Source: Chiloscyllium plagiosum (taxonomy: Eukaryota). From it: DNA of 64,000 nt. Below the pieces are notes generated by a model. It worked only from the letters and a program-made list of their open reading frames with translations. It was not told the DNA's origin and ran no database searches. The stretch is from the NCBI RefSeq assembly GCF_004010195.1, contig NC_057718.1:63346012-63410011 (forward strand). The letters run 5' to 3'. This document shows, piece by piece, positions 26,705 through 40,882 of the stretch (position 1 is its first letter; every line of letters starts with the position of its first letter). The translations under genes were made by a program, and so were the position numbers.

Positions 26705-28620
26705 TATAGGAGCAAATTGCTGCAGGTGTTGAAATCTGTATTGAAAATAAGAAATGCTGGAGATCACGGGGTCAGATAGCATCCATGGAGAGAGTGCAAG
26801 CTAACGTTTTGAAAGTAGATGTCTAAGTGAAGTGAGAAGGGCACAGCATTTATGCTACGCAGTTTTGTTTGGAGGGGATGGTGGGGTTCTGGGGGTTGTG
26901 GATGAAGGCTGCTGGTGGAGAAAAGATGTTGATAGTTAAGATTAAGTGATAGGAATGTGAGAATGGTAGAACAATGGTATGTCTCCTGACAGACTTGAAA
27001 GGACAGCCAGTCCCACTGGGATTGGGGGGAGTACATGATTGCAGAATGTAACAAGCTAGAAGGGAAGAAATAGGAGTTGGTTCAAAATTTGAATGTACTG
27101 AACTCAATATTAAGTCCAGAAGGCTGTAAAGTGCCTGGTCTGAAGATGAGATGTTCCTCGAATTTGCACTGTGATCCACTGCAACGTTGCAGCATGCTGA
27201 GGACAGACATGTGGGCATCTGAACAGGATGCTGTGTTAAAATGACCAGCTATGGGAAGGTCAGAGTCATGCTTGTGCATAGACTAGTGTACCACAGAACA
27301 GTCACCCCATCTGCATTTGATTACTCCAACATAGAGTAGGCCACATTAGGTGCAGCAAATACAATACACAAGACTGGTGGAGGTACAGGTAAAATGCTGC
27401 TTCACCTGGAAAGACTGTTTAGGCCCTTGGAAGGTGAGCAAGAAGATGGTAAAGGGGGAGATGTTGCACCTTCTGCAGTTACATGGGAAGGTGCTATGGG
27501 GAGGGGGTAGTGTTGGTTGTTGTGGAATGGACTAGAGGGAACAAGCTCGGCAAAATGCAGATGAGGGAGTGAGGAGATAATGGGTTTGGTGGTGGCATTC
27601 TGCTTGAGTTGTCTGACATGACATAGAATGATTCTTTGAATGCGGAGGCTGGTAGGATGAAAAACGTGAGGAGGAGGGGAACCCGATTACACTGTTGAGA
27701 ATGATGGAGGAAGGAGCAAGGGCGGAAACAGGTGTAATAGGTTGGATGAGGATCCTGTTAATCACAGTGGGTGGGAAACATGGTCATGGAGGAAGCAAGC
27801 CATTTCAGCAGCGCTGATTTGGAAGGTGGCATCATCCGAACAGTTGCGACATAGGGCAAAGGAACTGGGAAATTGGAAAACAGTCCTTGCAGGACGTGGG
27901 GTGTGATGAGCTGTAGTAAAGGTAGCTATGGGAATCAGTGGCTTTGTAGTGGATGGCAGTGGACAGTTCATTCTCCAAATTGGAGGCAGAGTGGTCAAGG
28001 AAAGGAAGGGAACTGTTGGAAATGGATGATGTCAAAGTTGTCGAGGGGTAGAAATTGGAGGCAAAGTGAACCAATTTTTCAAAGTCCTGGTGACAGCATG
28101 AAGCAGTACTGAAGCAATTGTCAATGTACTGACAAAAGAGTTGTGGGAGGGAACCAGTGTAAGACTAGAACAAAGATTGTTCCACAGATCTCAAAGAGGC
28201 AGGCATAACTGGGACCCATGCAAGTACCCATAGCTACTCCTTTGACTGGCAGAAGTGAAACGAATTAAATAAATTGTTCAGTGAGAGAACAGTTCAGCCA
28301 GGCGGGAGGACAGTTGTGATGGATAGGGATTGTTAAGACATCTTGTCAAAGAAGAAGCAGATAGGTCTCAGATTATAGGAGGGACGTAAGGAGGGAATGG
28401 TGAATAGTGGGGCAGTTAGGGACAGGGAACTGGAAATTGTTAATATGGTGGAAGGCACCAAATAAATCACGGATGTATGTGGATAGGGTCTGGACAATTG
28501 GAGAGAGAATGGAGTCAAGGTAGGAAGAAATGAGCTCAGTGAGAGAGGAACATGCTAATATGATGGTCCCATCAGGGCAGTCTGGTTTGTGAAATTTGGG
28601 AAGGAATAGATAATGTTTGA
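26705..28620 (-). mobile_element. Penelope-like element (Neptune-type), decayed RT plus GIY-YIG plus terminal repeat
   Basis: YLFLPKFHKPDCPDG...ELISSYLDSILSP (RT N-term); PIAGHFN...EEHLIFRPGTLQPSGLNIEF (EN C-term). Confidence 0.85.
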
Positions 28621-28638
28621 GACCATTTTCACAGATCA

Positions 28639-29121
<483 letters not shown>

Positions 29122-29379
29122 TTACAAGGGGAGTTAGGATCACAGTCAAAGTAAAACAAGAAAAAAAGACCCCAAGTTGCTCTTCCCAATAAGGGGACAT
29201 GCTTGGCAACTTTAGCATAGATGGCCTGTCGGTAAGCTCCTGATACCTCTAAGTAGTTCCCTGTCTTTTTACCAGCCCTCCACCTCCACGCAGTTGCTAA
29301 AGTCCTGATCATCGTTTTAAATATGAAGTATAGTTCATAACATAATTACTATGAATCCAACACTTTTACATTGGAAAAT

Positions 29380-32300
29380 AATTTTTGTGTGTCACCTGCA
29401 AACTTGGCTATTTTACATTGACTTTTCTAATCTAAATCATTAATATATATTGTAAAATAAACATGGTCCCAGAACTGATCCCTGTTGGATACCACCAGTT
29501 ACAGACTGCCATCCTGAAAATGCCTCCCTTATTTCAACTGTTTTCTGTTATTTAGTCAATCCTCTATCCATTCCAATATACTACCTCAAACACCATGGAC
29601 TCATATTAATAAATAACCTAATTAGTGGTTATCAAACTTTATCTGAAAATCCAAACATATTACATCCACTGCTTTCCTTTTATCTATCAATCGTACTGGT
29701 TATGTCCTCAAAGACGTCTAATAAATCTGTCAGGCATGATTTCACCTTTGTGTACCTATGCTGAATCTGCTTGATCATATCATATCATGTATTTCTAAAT
29801 GCTCTGCTATTGCATCCTTTACAATAAAGAACAAAGAACAAGAACAGGCCTTTTGGCCCACCAAGATTGTGCTGACACATGATGCCTTTCTAAATTAAAA
29901 AACATTTGCCTCTGTGTGGTCCATATCCCTCTATTCTCTGCCTATTCATGTATATGTCTCTTAGATGCTGCCATTGTATCCGCCTCCTCCACCTCCGCTT
30001 ACAGTGTATTCCAGGCATTTAGAGTCATAGAGATGTACAGCAGGGAAACAGACCTTTTGGTCCAACTTGTTCATGCCAACCAGATATCCGAACCTAATCT
30101 AGTCCCATTTGCCAACATGTGGCCCATATTCCTCTAAACCCTTCCTATTTATATACCCATCCAGATGTGTTTTAAAATGTTGTAATTGTGCCAGCCTCCA
30201 CCACTTCCTCTGGCAGCTCATTCCATACATGCAACACCCTCTGCATGAAAAAGTTTCCCCTTAGGGCCCACCAGACGCCTCGAGGAAGAACACCTCATCT
30301 TCCACCTCGGAACACTTCAACCCCAGGGCATCAATGTGGACTTCAACGAAACGTTGATTTTGCTGCTCCTCGGATGCTGCCTGAACTGCTGTGCTTTTTC
30401 AGCATCACTCTAATCTAGAATCTGGTTTCCAGCATCTGCAGTCCTTGTTTTTAACTTTTAATGATGCAAAGTGTCGGCAGAAGGATGTGGACAGGTTACG
30501 CGAGCGAGCAGAAACTCAGCAGATGGAATGTAATGTGGGAAAATGTGAAATTACGCATTTTGACAACAATAATACAAGAATAAGGGCAGAACAGTGGCTC
30601 AGTGGTTAACACTGATGCCTCACAATGCCAGGGACCATAGTTCGATTCCAGCCTCGGGCGACTGTGTGGAGTTTTCACATTCTCCCCATGTCTGTGTGGG
30701 TTTCCTCCGGGTGCTCAGGTTTCCTCCCACAGTCCAAAGATGTGCAGGTCCGGTGAACTAAATTGCCCATAGCGTTAGGTGTATTAGTCAGATGGTAATG
30801 GGTGTGGGTGGGCTACCCTTTGGAGGGTTGGTGTGGACTTGTTGGGCCGAAGGGCCTGTTTCCACACTGTAGGGAACCTAATCTAATCTAGGATGAGTAT
30901 TATTTAAATGGAGGAAGACCACAGTCCTTATACGAATTATGAAAGATCAGGTGGTAACAAGGAAGGCAAAGGGAATGGAGTATAAAACTAGGGAGGTGTT
31001 GCTAAAACTAGTCAGAGTACATTTGGAATACTGTTGCCCCTCTCACCATAAACCTATGCCCTCTAGTTCTGGACTCCCCCATCCCAGGGAAAAGAACTTG
31101 TCTATTTATCCTATCCATGCCCCTCATGATTTTATAAACCTCTAGGTCACTCTTCTGCATCAGACACTCCAGGGAAAACAGCCCCAGTCTTTTCAGCCTC
31201 TCCCTATAGCTCAAATCTTCCATCTTGGCAACAACCTTGTAAATCTTTTCTGAACCCTTTCAAGTTTTACAACACCTTTCCGATAGGAAGGAGACCAGAA
31301 CTGCACACAATATTCCAAAAGTGGCCTAACCAATGTCCTGTACATCTGCAACATGACCTCCCAACTCCTGTACTCAATGTTCTTACCAATAAAGGAAAGT
31401 ATGCCAAACACCTTCTTCACTATTCTATCTAACTGCAACTCCACTTTCAAGGAACTATGAACCTGCACTCAAAAGGTCTCTTTGTTNNNNNNNNNNNNNA
31501 ACTATGAACCTGCACTCAAAGGTCTCTTTGTTCAGCAACACTCCCCTGGACCTTACCATTAAGGTATATAAGCCCTGCTAAGATTTACAGCACCTCACAC
31601 TTATCAAATTAAACTCCATCTGCTACTCCTCAGCCCAGTGGCCCATCTAATAAGATCTTGTTGTACTCTTCTTTGCTGTCCACTACACCTCCAATTTTGG
31701 TTTCATCTGCAAACTTACTAACTATACCTCCTAGGTTCACATCCAAATCATTTATATAAATGATGAAAAGCTGTAGACCCAGAATCAATCCTTTTGGAAC
31801 ACCACTGGTCACAAGCCTCCAGTCTGAAAACCAACCCACCACCACCACCCTCTGTCTTCTACCTTCGAGCCAGTTCTGTATCCAAATGGCACGTTCTCTC
31901 TGTATTCCATGAGATCTAACCTTGCTCATCAGTTTCCCACGAGAAACCTTGCTGAACACCTTACTGAAGTCCATATAGATCACAGCTATGTCCTCATTAA
32001 TCCTCTTCATTACTTCTTCAAAAAATCTCAATCAAATTTGTGAGACATGATTTCCCATGCACAAAGCTATGCTGACTATCCCTGATCAGTCCTTGCCTTT
32101 CCAAATACATGTAAATCCTGTCACTCAGGATTCCTTCCAACAACTTGCCCATCACCGATGTTAGGCTCACTGGTCTATAGTTCCTACTTTTCCTGACCAC
32201 CCTTCTTCAAATAGTGGCACCACGTTAGCCAAACTCCAGTTTTCCGGCACCTTACCTGTGACTATCAATGATACAAATATCTCAGCAAGAGGCCCAGAAA

Positions 32301-34960
32301 TTACTTCCCTAGCTTCCCACAGAGTTCTAGGGTACACCTGATGAGGTCCTGGGGATGTATCCACTTTTATGCATTTCAAGACATCCAGCACCTCCTCCTC
32401 TGTCATATGGACATTTTTCAGGATGTCGCCATCTATTTCCCCACATTCTATATCTTCCATGTCCTTCTCCACAGTAAACACTGATGCATTTAGTATCTCT
32501 CCCATCTCCTGCAGCTCCACACATATGCTGCCTTGCTGATCTTTGAGGGGCCTTATTCTATCCTTAGTTATCCTCTTGTCCTTAATGTATTTATAAAATC
32601 CCTTTGGATTCTCCTTAATCCTTTACCATCCTCTGTTTAAAATATTTGCCTCTTACATTTCCTTTAAAGATACCCCTTTTTTCTTAAACCTATGGCCCCT
32701 AGTAATTGACATTTTGACACTTGGAAAAAGACTCTCATTATCCATTCTATCAATGCCTCTTAATTTTGTAAACTTCTATCAGGTTTCCCCTCATCCTTCA
32801 GCTTTCAAGTGAAAACCAATCAAGTTTGTCCAATATGTCCTAGTAGCTAATACCTGCAAAGTAGCCAACATCCTGGTAAATTGTTTCTGTACCCTCTCAA
32901 AAGCCTCCACAAGCTTCTGATAGTGTTGCGACGAGAACTGTACACAATATTCCAAATGTGACCTAAATAAAATTCTATACAACTTCAACGTGACTTGTTA
33001 ACCTTTATGCTCTGACCAATGAAGGCAAGCATGCTATATACTTTCTTGACAATCTTTTCTACTTGTGTTGCCACTTTTAGGGAACTGTGAACTTGCATGT
33101 CTAGATCCCTATACACATTGATGCTAATAAGGGTTCTACCATTTACTATATACTTCCCTCCTACATTAGATCTTCTAAAACACATCATCTCACATTTGTC
33201 CGGACAAACCTCCATCTGCCATTTCTCCTCCAAAGTCTTCAGCCTATCTATATCCTGCTGTACCCTTTGGCAATCCTCATCACTATCTGCTGCTTCCCCA
33301 AGCTTTGTGTCATCTACAAACTTAGTAATTAGACCACTTATAGTCTCCTCCAAATCATTTATACAGTACAAACAGATCCCTGTGGAACACCACTGGTGAC
33401 AGATCTTTAGTCAGAAAAAAAAACCCTTCCATCATAACTCTGCCTTCCGTAACTAAGCCAGTTCTGTATCTATCTTATCAGCTTACCGCTGACCTTGTGT
33501 GACTTCACCTTTTGTATCAGCCTGCCATGAAGGACCTTGTCAAAGGCCTTGCTAAAGTCCATTTAGACAACATCTACTGCCCTGCCCCAATCATCTTTGT
33601 CACCTGAAAAACTCAATCAGGTTTGAGAGACACAACATTCCCCGCCCAAACCAATGTTGCCTACTGCTAATAAGCCCATACTGTTCCAAATGTGATTAAA
33701 TTTAACCCTAAGAACCATCTCCAATAATTTCCCTACCACTGATGCAAGGTTGACAGGCTTGTAATTTCCTAGATTATCTCTGTTGCCCTTCTTAAACAAA
33801 AGGAACATTGCATATTCTACAGTCTTTGGGACCTCTCCTGTGATTAAACAGGATGCGAAGATTTCATACGAGGCTCCAGCAATTTCCTCATCTGCCTCCC
33901 TCAGTATTCTGGGATAGGTCCTATCAGGTCCTGGGGATTTGTCTATCTTAGTCCTTTTTCAAATCACACAATACTTCCTCCTTTTTTTTCCCCAATATAT
34001 TGACATGCTCCAGAATAACAATATATTGCTCTCAAAAACTCACCATCCACTATAATCTACTCCTTTGGAAATAATGATGTACAGTGCTCATTAAGAACCC
34101 CTCCCATTTCCTCCTACTCCATGCATAAATTCTCTCCAGTGGATCTTCACTTTCCTTAGCTCCATTTTAGCATTTTCCTTAACACAGACTTGAACAATTC
34201 ACAGTAACAGTCATTAAGCTAACTGGCCTATAGTTATCCTCTATTTTCGCCTCCTTCCCTTAGAACTTCTTTTTCCCCTTCTAGTGATAATTATTGAATT
34301 ATTTCCTCTCCTTTTGGCTCTTTATTATTTAGTATTTTTTGAAGATGTATGTAAAGTATTTATTCAACTCCTTTGTCATTTCCTCATTCTCATTATGACC
34401 TCCCAAGCCTTGCTTTCAAAGGGGCCTATGTAAACTTTGACTCCTCTCTTCCTTTTTATATATTTAAAAGGAAGCTTTTGCTGTCCATCTCAATTGCCTC
34501 ATTATATGTTTTTCTTTCAATTTAATGATATCCTTAGCCTTCCTCATTAACTACGATTTAGCACTTATACCGTTATCCCCTTCCGAGATTTCTTCTTTCT
34601 GGGATATAGGTTTGTTATGAGTGATAAGCTATTTTCTTAAATGTCTGCCATTGTTCCTCAACCATCTTTCCCAGTCTACTCCAGCTAGCTCTGCACTCAA
34701 TCCTTTGTAATTACCGTTGTTATAAATTTAGCACAGTTGTTTCTGACCCATGTTACTTCCCCTCAAAGTGAATATTAAATTCTTTCATGTAATGGTCACT
34801 GATTTCTAGGGATCCTTTATTCTGACATCATTGGAACTACAACATATTGTTCTAGCAAACTGTCCCAAATACACTATGAATTCTTCCTTGTGGCTGCCTC
34901 TGCTAATCTGACTTTTCCGAGCTATGAGAAAGTTAAAGTTATCCATAATTAATGTACTGA
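29380..34960 (-). mobile_element. Nested stack of three minus-strand CR1 LINEs with inner PLE and HE1 insertions
   Basis: Outer CR1 about 29380-29825 plus 34170-34960; middle about 29826-30019 plus 32625-34165; inner HER1 about 30020-32624; RT/EN motifs NYRPVSLTSV, YMDFSKVF, FADETK. Confidence 0.8.
30582..30890 (+). mobile_element. HE1/V-SINE within composite cassette
   Basis: Same variant head (CACTGATGCCTCAC) and same flanks as the copy at 17860. Confidence 0.88.
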
Positions 34961-35599
34961 TTGTTATTTTGCCATATAAGAATATAAGAGCAGGGCTTTG
35001 GTAGTCAGGGCTTTGGTGAAAACAGTACAGTGCACTGTTTTGGTGGCCTTATTCGAAAGAAACACATCTTAGAAAAGTTCAGAAAAGCTTCACTTGACTC
35101 CTTCCTGGAATGATGGCTTTAACTCATGCAAAAACAGTATATGCCTATTATCTAAAATTCCAAAGTTCAGAAGTTTCCCAACATGGAACAGAGAATCCCT
35201 ACAGTGAGGAAATAGGCCCTTCGGCCCATCAGGTCCACACAAACCCTCCAAAGAGTAACCCACCCAAACTCATTCCATACCCTTTTCTCCTATACTTACC
35301 CCTGACTAATGCACCCAACCTACACATCCCTGAACACTATAGGCAATTTAGCATTGTCAATTCACCTAACTTGCACAACCTTAACAGGAAATATTTCACC
35401 TTCCCTCTGTTTTAAATGGGTAACCCCTTATTGGTAAACAGTGATCCCAGTCCTGGATCTTATTGAAACATACAAAATCCTGAGATGATTGGATATTAGA
35501 AGGACGTTTCAGCTTGTGGAAGAAACTAAAACCATAATTTAAGAGGAAGAGGTATCTGTTTTAAAGGAAATTAATTTATCTTAGAGGGTAGCTAAGATC

Positions 35600-35980
35600 G
35601 TGGGAGGGGAAAAAGGGAAGAGCATGAAGTAGGATTAGAACTGGAGAGCATGTAGGAGAGAGAGAACGGGGTGACAGAGTGGTGTTGGGAGGCAGGGAAG
35701 AGGGAGGACAGAAGGGGAAAAGGGGCAAGAGAGAATGGGTTCGGCGGGTCGGTGTGGACTTGTTGGGCCGAAGGGCCTGTTTCCACACTATAAGTAATCT
35801 GTAAGTAATCTGTAAATCTGTAAGAAATCGTGCAGCAGCGCAACAGAGTGGGAAAATGGGAGAGGGGATTGAGAGCAACATACTTGGAAAGGAGAAGGCA
35901 GAGAGACAGACAGACAAACAAAGGAGCGATGGGTGGAGAGAGCACAGGGGACAGAGACAGACGGATGCAAGACAAAGACT
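35600..35980 (+). repeat. GA-rich low-complexity tract with an HE1 tail at about 35735-35825
   Basis: Purine-rich GAGA/GACA runs. Confidence 0.7.
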
Positions 35981-36899
35981 AAGCCAATCCCGCATTCATG
36001 AATTTCACTGACACCAGCTCAGAGTGTGTGCACCACTAGAGGTGATACATAATCAGTGTTAGTTCAATCAAACTCCTTACCTCGACTGCAGTGTCACCCA
36101 TTTTCCTAAGATCAGAACTTGGCCTATTCTATTTTCTCCCCTGTCTTAGCTGACATGGCAAACAAAGGTGTGATAATTAAGTTCTGCTGCTTGGGACATT
36201 TCAATGGTCAGAATGATTAGTTGCTCATTTAAATCATCAAGTTATTACTTTGGATTTTTTTAAAACGAAATTTATATTTACAGTTATGACAACCTCAACT
36301 TTCTGAAATTTGAACACTGGCTCTCCAAGAGATGAGAAAAGAATTTAAAGTGTACCTGCCCTGCCTCCTACTTATTGAAAACATACATTTTACTCTAATA
36401 TTGCTCGAACATAACGAAGAATATTTGACGATGTTTCAGGAGTTTTTTTAAAAGGATGGACAGCATTGTATTGCACATACATTAATTAATCCTTTTGTCA
36501 CCCAACTACCCCCCACTCCTACACATTATTGTATAATAATCAGCTTTTGTCCCAATTAAATCAACCTCTGTTGCCACGTTTTCATCCAATACCTTTTGTA
36601 TTTCTGTGAGTCAGAGTTGCTAACCTGAGATAAGAAGCTTGTACAGTCGTAAACAGGAGCAGCAATTCAGTAAAATTTGCATACATCTTCCTGACTCAAC
36701 TTCAGGCCTTTCCAGTTTTTCTTGTGCTCAGTTACTGAGTTATTCATGCCAAACTCTGCCTATGTCAAGTTGGCAAAGAAATATTCAGGGCCCACTCGGC
36801 ACTTGCTAGTAATATTTTTCTGTCATTTAAGAGTATCATAGAATCACAGAGTCCCTACAGTGTGGAAACAGTCCCTTCGGCCAACAAATCCACACTTTT

Positions 36900-37310
36900 G
36901 GTCCAACTGGCCACCAAAAGACATGACCCACTATCACTAGTTTCTATACTTACAGACAAAGAAGGACACCACTTCGACTGGGACAACACACACATCCTAG
37001 GACAGGCGAAACAAAAACACACACAAGAATTCTTAGAGGCCTGGCATTCTAACCAGAACTTCATCAATAAACACATCGATTTAGATCCTATCTACCTTCC
37101 CTTGAAAAAAGAACCAGAAATGACATCACCCACCTTAAGAAACCAAGACCTATAAACAGAGAGGCAGGACATACCACCAGCGCTTCACCGGAGATACTCA
37201 CTGATGATGTTACCTAGTATGGTGATGAAACATCTGAAAACAAACCTTCAAGCTTGGCAAGCTAACTTGTATACTTGTCATCAACCAGAGCTACAAATCT
37301 TTTTAAAAAT
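36900..37310 (+). mobile_element. Penelope-like element (Poseidon-type, second subfamily) 3' part
   Basis: QLATKRHDPLSLVS...HHFDWDNTHILGQAKQKHTQEFLEAWHS; hammerhead-like CUGAUGA U GUUACC...GGUGAU GAAA at about 37201-37235. Confidence 0.85.
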
Positions 37311-37606
37311 CACCAATATATGTCTTAGGTACATATTTAGATTACATCCCATTCACTCACTTGTGATTAGGCATTCTGACATTATTCAGAAATCCAGAAA
37401 ATCCCAAAAGCCAGAAATGCCTTGATATGCTAACTATCAATCTTAATAAATCATTACAGTGTCAGATTACAAAATTAACAAAGTTCAGTGCCACTTGAAT
37501 TTAAAAATTGCCAAAGTTTAGTGAATTTAAAGCATAATTGAAGCTTGTAAGTTAGAGACTACATAGGTTGCACAACATACACATTAGCAGATCTGCAACA
37601 AACTTA

Positions 37607-37735
<129 letters not shown>

Positions 37736-38179
37736 TTATCAGAAATTTTGTACCAAAGAAATCAGAAAACAATGTGCTTAACAGTCAGAATAGTGTATTG
37801 ATGCATGTAATAAAATGAACTATTCAAAACAAGCTGCATTTACATTTTGAATATGCTTCTATTCTTAATTCTACACTTTTTAAAGCACTGCTGATAAGAA
37901 TGAAACCACTAGCATTCCAACCCATATCACTAAACTGGTTTTCCTCGGACATGTTCGCATCTGAAAGGATAAAACCTTGGGAATATAGTTAAAAGTTTGT
38001 GTATTTACATCAACTACCTATAGAAGTTTGGCTGTCATTACTCACCTTCCATAAACACAGTGAAATCAGTCAGACTGAAACAAAAAAGGGAATGTCTATG
38101 ATCTGGTGAATAGCACGAAGTGACAGAAGGACTGAGTGCAAGGTTAAAACAGACAACAATGTGACAAAGAAAAACAAGG

Positions 38180-38928
38180 TGTTATGACACGGGGTAAAAC
38201 TCCTGCTTAATTTAAACAGCAACACAGAAAAGATTTTTCCCAGTAATCTGTAAAGTTCGAATGGCCAAGAACTATTTACAGTAAAAATCAACAACTTTAT
38301 TTCTTAAAATATAACCGAGAATAATTAACTAACCACTATTTACAATTTCTTTCTCTAACCTATCTTTTAGTTTCCCTTCTATAATACTAGTCCGATAAAA
38401 CTCCCAATTAAAATTTACAAAACAACACTTCTTATCTCAAAACCAGGCAGCTGTAGGTTCTTGCTGAAAAATGTGTTGCTGGAAAAGCGCAGCAGGTCAG
38501 GCAGCATCCAAGCTGTAGGTTCTTGTCTTCGGATCTTCCTATGTCTTCTTTTCTTGTTAGGAATTTCTGCGACACAGGTTACTGATCGAAAAGGTACTTT
38601 TAAGAGAGAGCTATTTTCAAGCGGCCATGGCAGTTCTTCTCTCAACTGTTCAATTTTCCCCAGTCTTATACTCCAGAGCATCGCATTCTGTCATTGGCGT
38701 CTAAAATTGTCAATGTACTCAATTCAATCTTTATTGGAGTTTGATGTGTTTCGGGTATAATTTAAACTGATTGGCCGAATTCAAATTTGATTTTGTCTCC
38801 AAGCAACAAACTCATCGGGTTGTTTGACCCAGTGTTATATTGTTACCATTTTTGAGTACATTTGGTGCTGGGTCCAGTAGTTCTGCTGTTTTTAACTCTG
38901 TTAAAGGTATACCCACATCTTCATAACA
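38180..38928. mobile_element. Solo LTR (Gypsy-like)
   Basis: TGTTATGA...TCATAACA inverted termini with 4-bp TSD AAGG (38176-38179/38929-38932); contains a 47-bp PLE fragment at 38464-38510 with a 15-bp TSD. Confidence 0.85.
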
Positions 38929-39229
38929 AAGGAAATGCTGTTTTTTGGTATGTAATGTAGCCAAGTGCAGCAACCCAACTTAATATCTAAAGTCCTACAA
39001 AGCAAAATGAGATAAATTTTGCGGTGAGGGTAGCCAGGGCATTGAAATCTAATGCTGTATGTCAAATCTCACCAGGAGTAATTTTATGCCACTAATTACA
39101 AAGGATTTCAATTCAAAGTCTCATCCAAAAGATGGTATCTACAACAGTGCAGCACTGATGTTAGCCCAAAACAGGTATTCCAAGTCTTGTCATGAACATT
39201 TAACCTACAATTTTTGATATAAAAATTCA

Positions 39230-40810
39230 CTAGTAGGACTGGGGCAGCATTGGCTGGCCAGCATTTATTGCCTGTCCCTAATTGCTCAAGATGCTGGTGG
39301 TGAGCGGTCTTCCTGAACCACTGCAGCTCATGTGCTGTAGGCAGACTCACAATATCATTTTGGAGGGCATTCCAGGATTTTGATCCAGCAACAGTGAAGG
39401 AATGGTGAAGTATTTCTAAGTCAGGATATTGAGTAGCTTCGAGAGAAACATGCAGGTGGTGGTATTCCCACGTGTCCACCACCCTTGTCCTTCTAAATGG
39501 AAGTGGTGAGGGTTTGGAAGGTGCTCTTTAAGGTTCTTTGGTGAAATTCTGCAGGACATTTTGTAGATAGTAAACAATAATGCTACGGAGTGTCAGTGGT
39601 GGGTGGAGTAGACGTAGATGTAGTGCCCATCAAGCAGGCTGCTTTGTCCTTGATGCCGTCAAGCTTCCTTGAATGTTGGAGCTTCTTTGGTGCTGCACCC
39701 ATCCAGCCAAGTGAGAAATATTCCATCATACCAGTGACTTATAGATGGTAGACAGGCTTTGGGGAGTCAGGAGGTGAGTTACTTGACTCTGATCGCTCTT
39801 GTAGCCATTGGGTGTTTATATGGTAAATTTATTTGAATTTCTGATCAATGGTAATTCAGAGGATGTTGATAATGCAGATTGAGTGATTCTAACACCATTG
39901 AATGTCATGGGGAATGACTAGATGGTCTCTTATTAGACATGGCATTTGTGTGGTATGAATGTTGTGTGTTACTCTTCAGCCTAAGCCTGGATACTTGAAT
40001 GTGGACTGCTTCAGTATCGGATGAGTCACATATAGTACTGAACATTATGCAAACATCAGCGGACATCCCACTTCTGATTTTATAATAGGGGAAAAGATTG
40101 TTGATGAAGCAGCTGAAGGTGTTTGGGCCTAGGATACTATCTTGAGCAACTCCTGCAGAGCTGAGATGACTGACCTCCAAAAACCATAACCATCTTCCTA
40201 TGCGTCAGGTAAGATTCCAACCCATGGAGAGTTTGCCTCCTGATTTCTACTGATTCCAGTTTTGCTAGGTCTTTTTGATGTCATGTATGTTGAATGCAGC
40301 CTTGAAATTAAGTGCAGTCTCACTGCACCCCTGGAGTTCAGCTCTTTTGTCCATATTTAAACCAAGGCTGCAATGAGGTCAAGAGCCGAGTGGCCTCGGC
40401 AGAATTCAAGTTGAGTATTGATGAGCTGCTAAGCAGGTGCTGCTTGATAGCACTGTTGGTGACACCTTCCATAACCTTATTGATGATGAGAGTAAACTAA
40501 TAGGGTGATAATTGAAAAGGTTGGATTTATCCTGCTCTTGTGTACAGGACATACCTGGACAATTTTCCACTTGTCAGGTAGATGCCAGTACTATATCACA
40601 ACTGAAACAGCTTGGTTAGCGTAGTGCTAAGCTCTAGAGCACAAGTCTTCAGTACTATTACTGGGATATTGTCAGGGCACATAGCCTTTTCAGAATCCAG
40701 TAACTCCAACTATTTCTTGACATCATACAGAGTAAATCTGTAATGCTGGAGACCAGTGGAGGAGGCAGAGATGGATCATCCTCTTGGCACTTCTGGCTGA
40801 AGGTTGCGCC
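39230..40810 (-). mobile_element. L2/Crack-type LINE, decayed RT
   Basis: SAGVAQDSILGPNTFSCFINNL RT motif; same family as 44560-47000. Confidence 0.75.
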
Positions 40811-40812
40811 AA

Positions 40813-40882
40813 GTTTCTCTGCTGTAGTTATCACATTTACCTATCACGCTCAAGGTGCCCAGTTTGAAACCAGGCAGAAACA
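40813..40882 (+). pseudogene. tRNA-Val(AAC)-derived pseudogene
   Basis: GTTTC...GTTATCACATTTACCTATCACGCTCAAGGTGCCCAGTTTGAAACCAGGCAGAAACA aligns to vertebrate tRNA-Val with CpG decay and a mutated anticodon. Confidence 0.75.

Noticed and set aside
31453..31532. 33-34 bp direct repeat around a 13-N run (31487-31499)
   Set aside because: Typical unmerged contig overlap at a scaffold gap; assembly artefact
35576..35995. Hydrophobic 139-aa and 127-aa ORFs
   Set aside because: Translation of a CT-rich low-complexity strand plus a SINE tail
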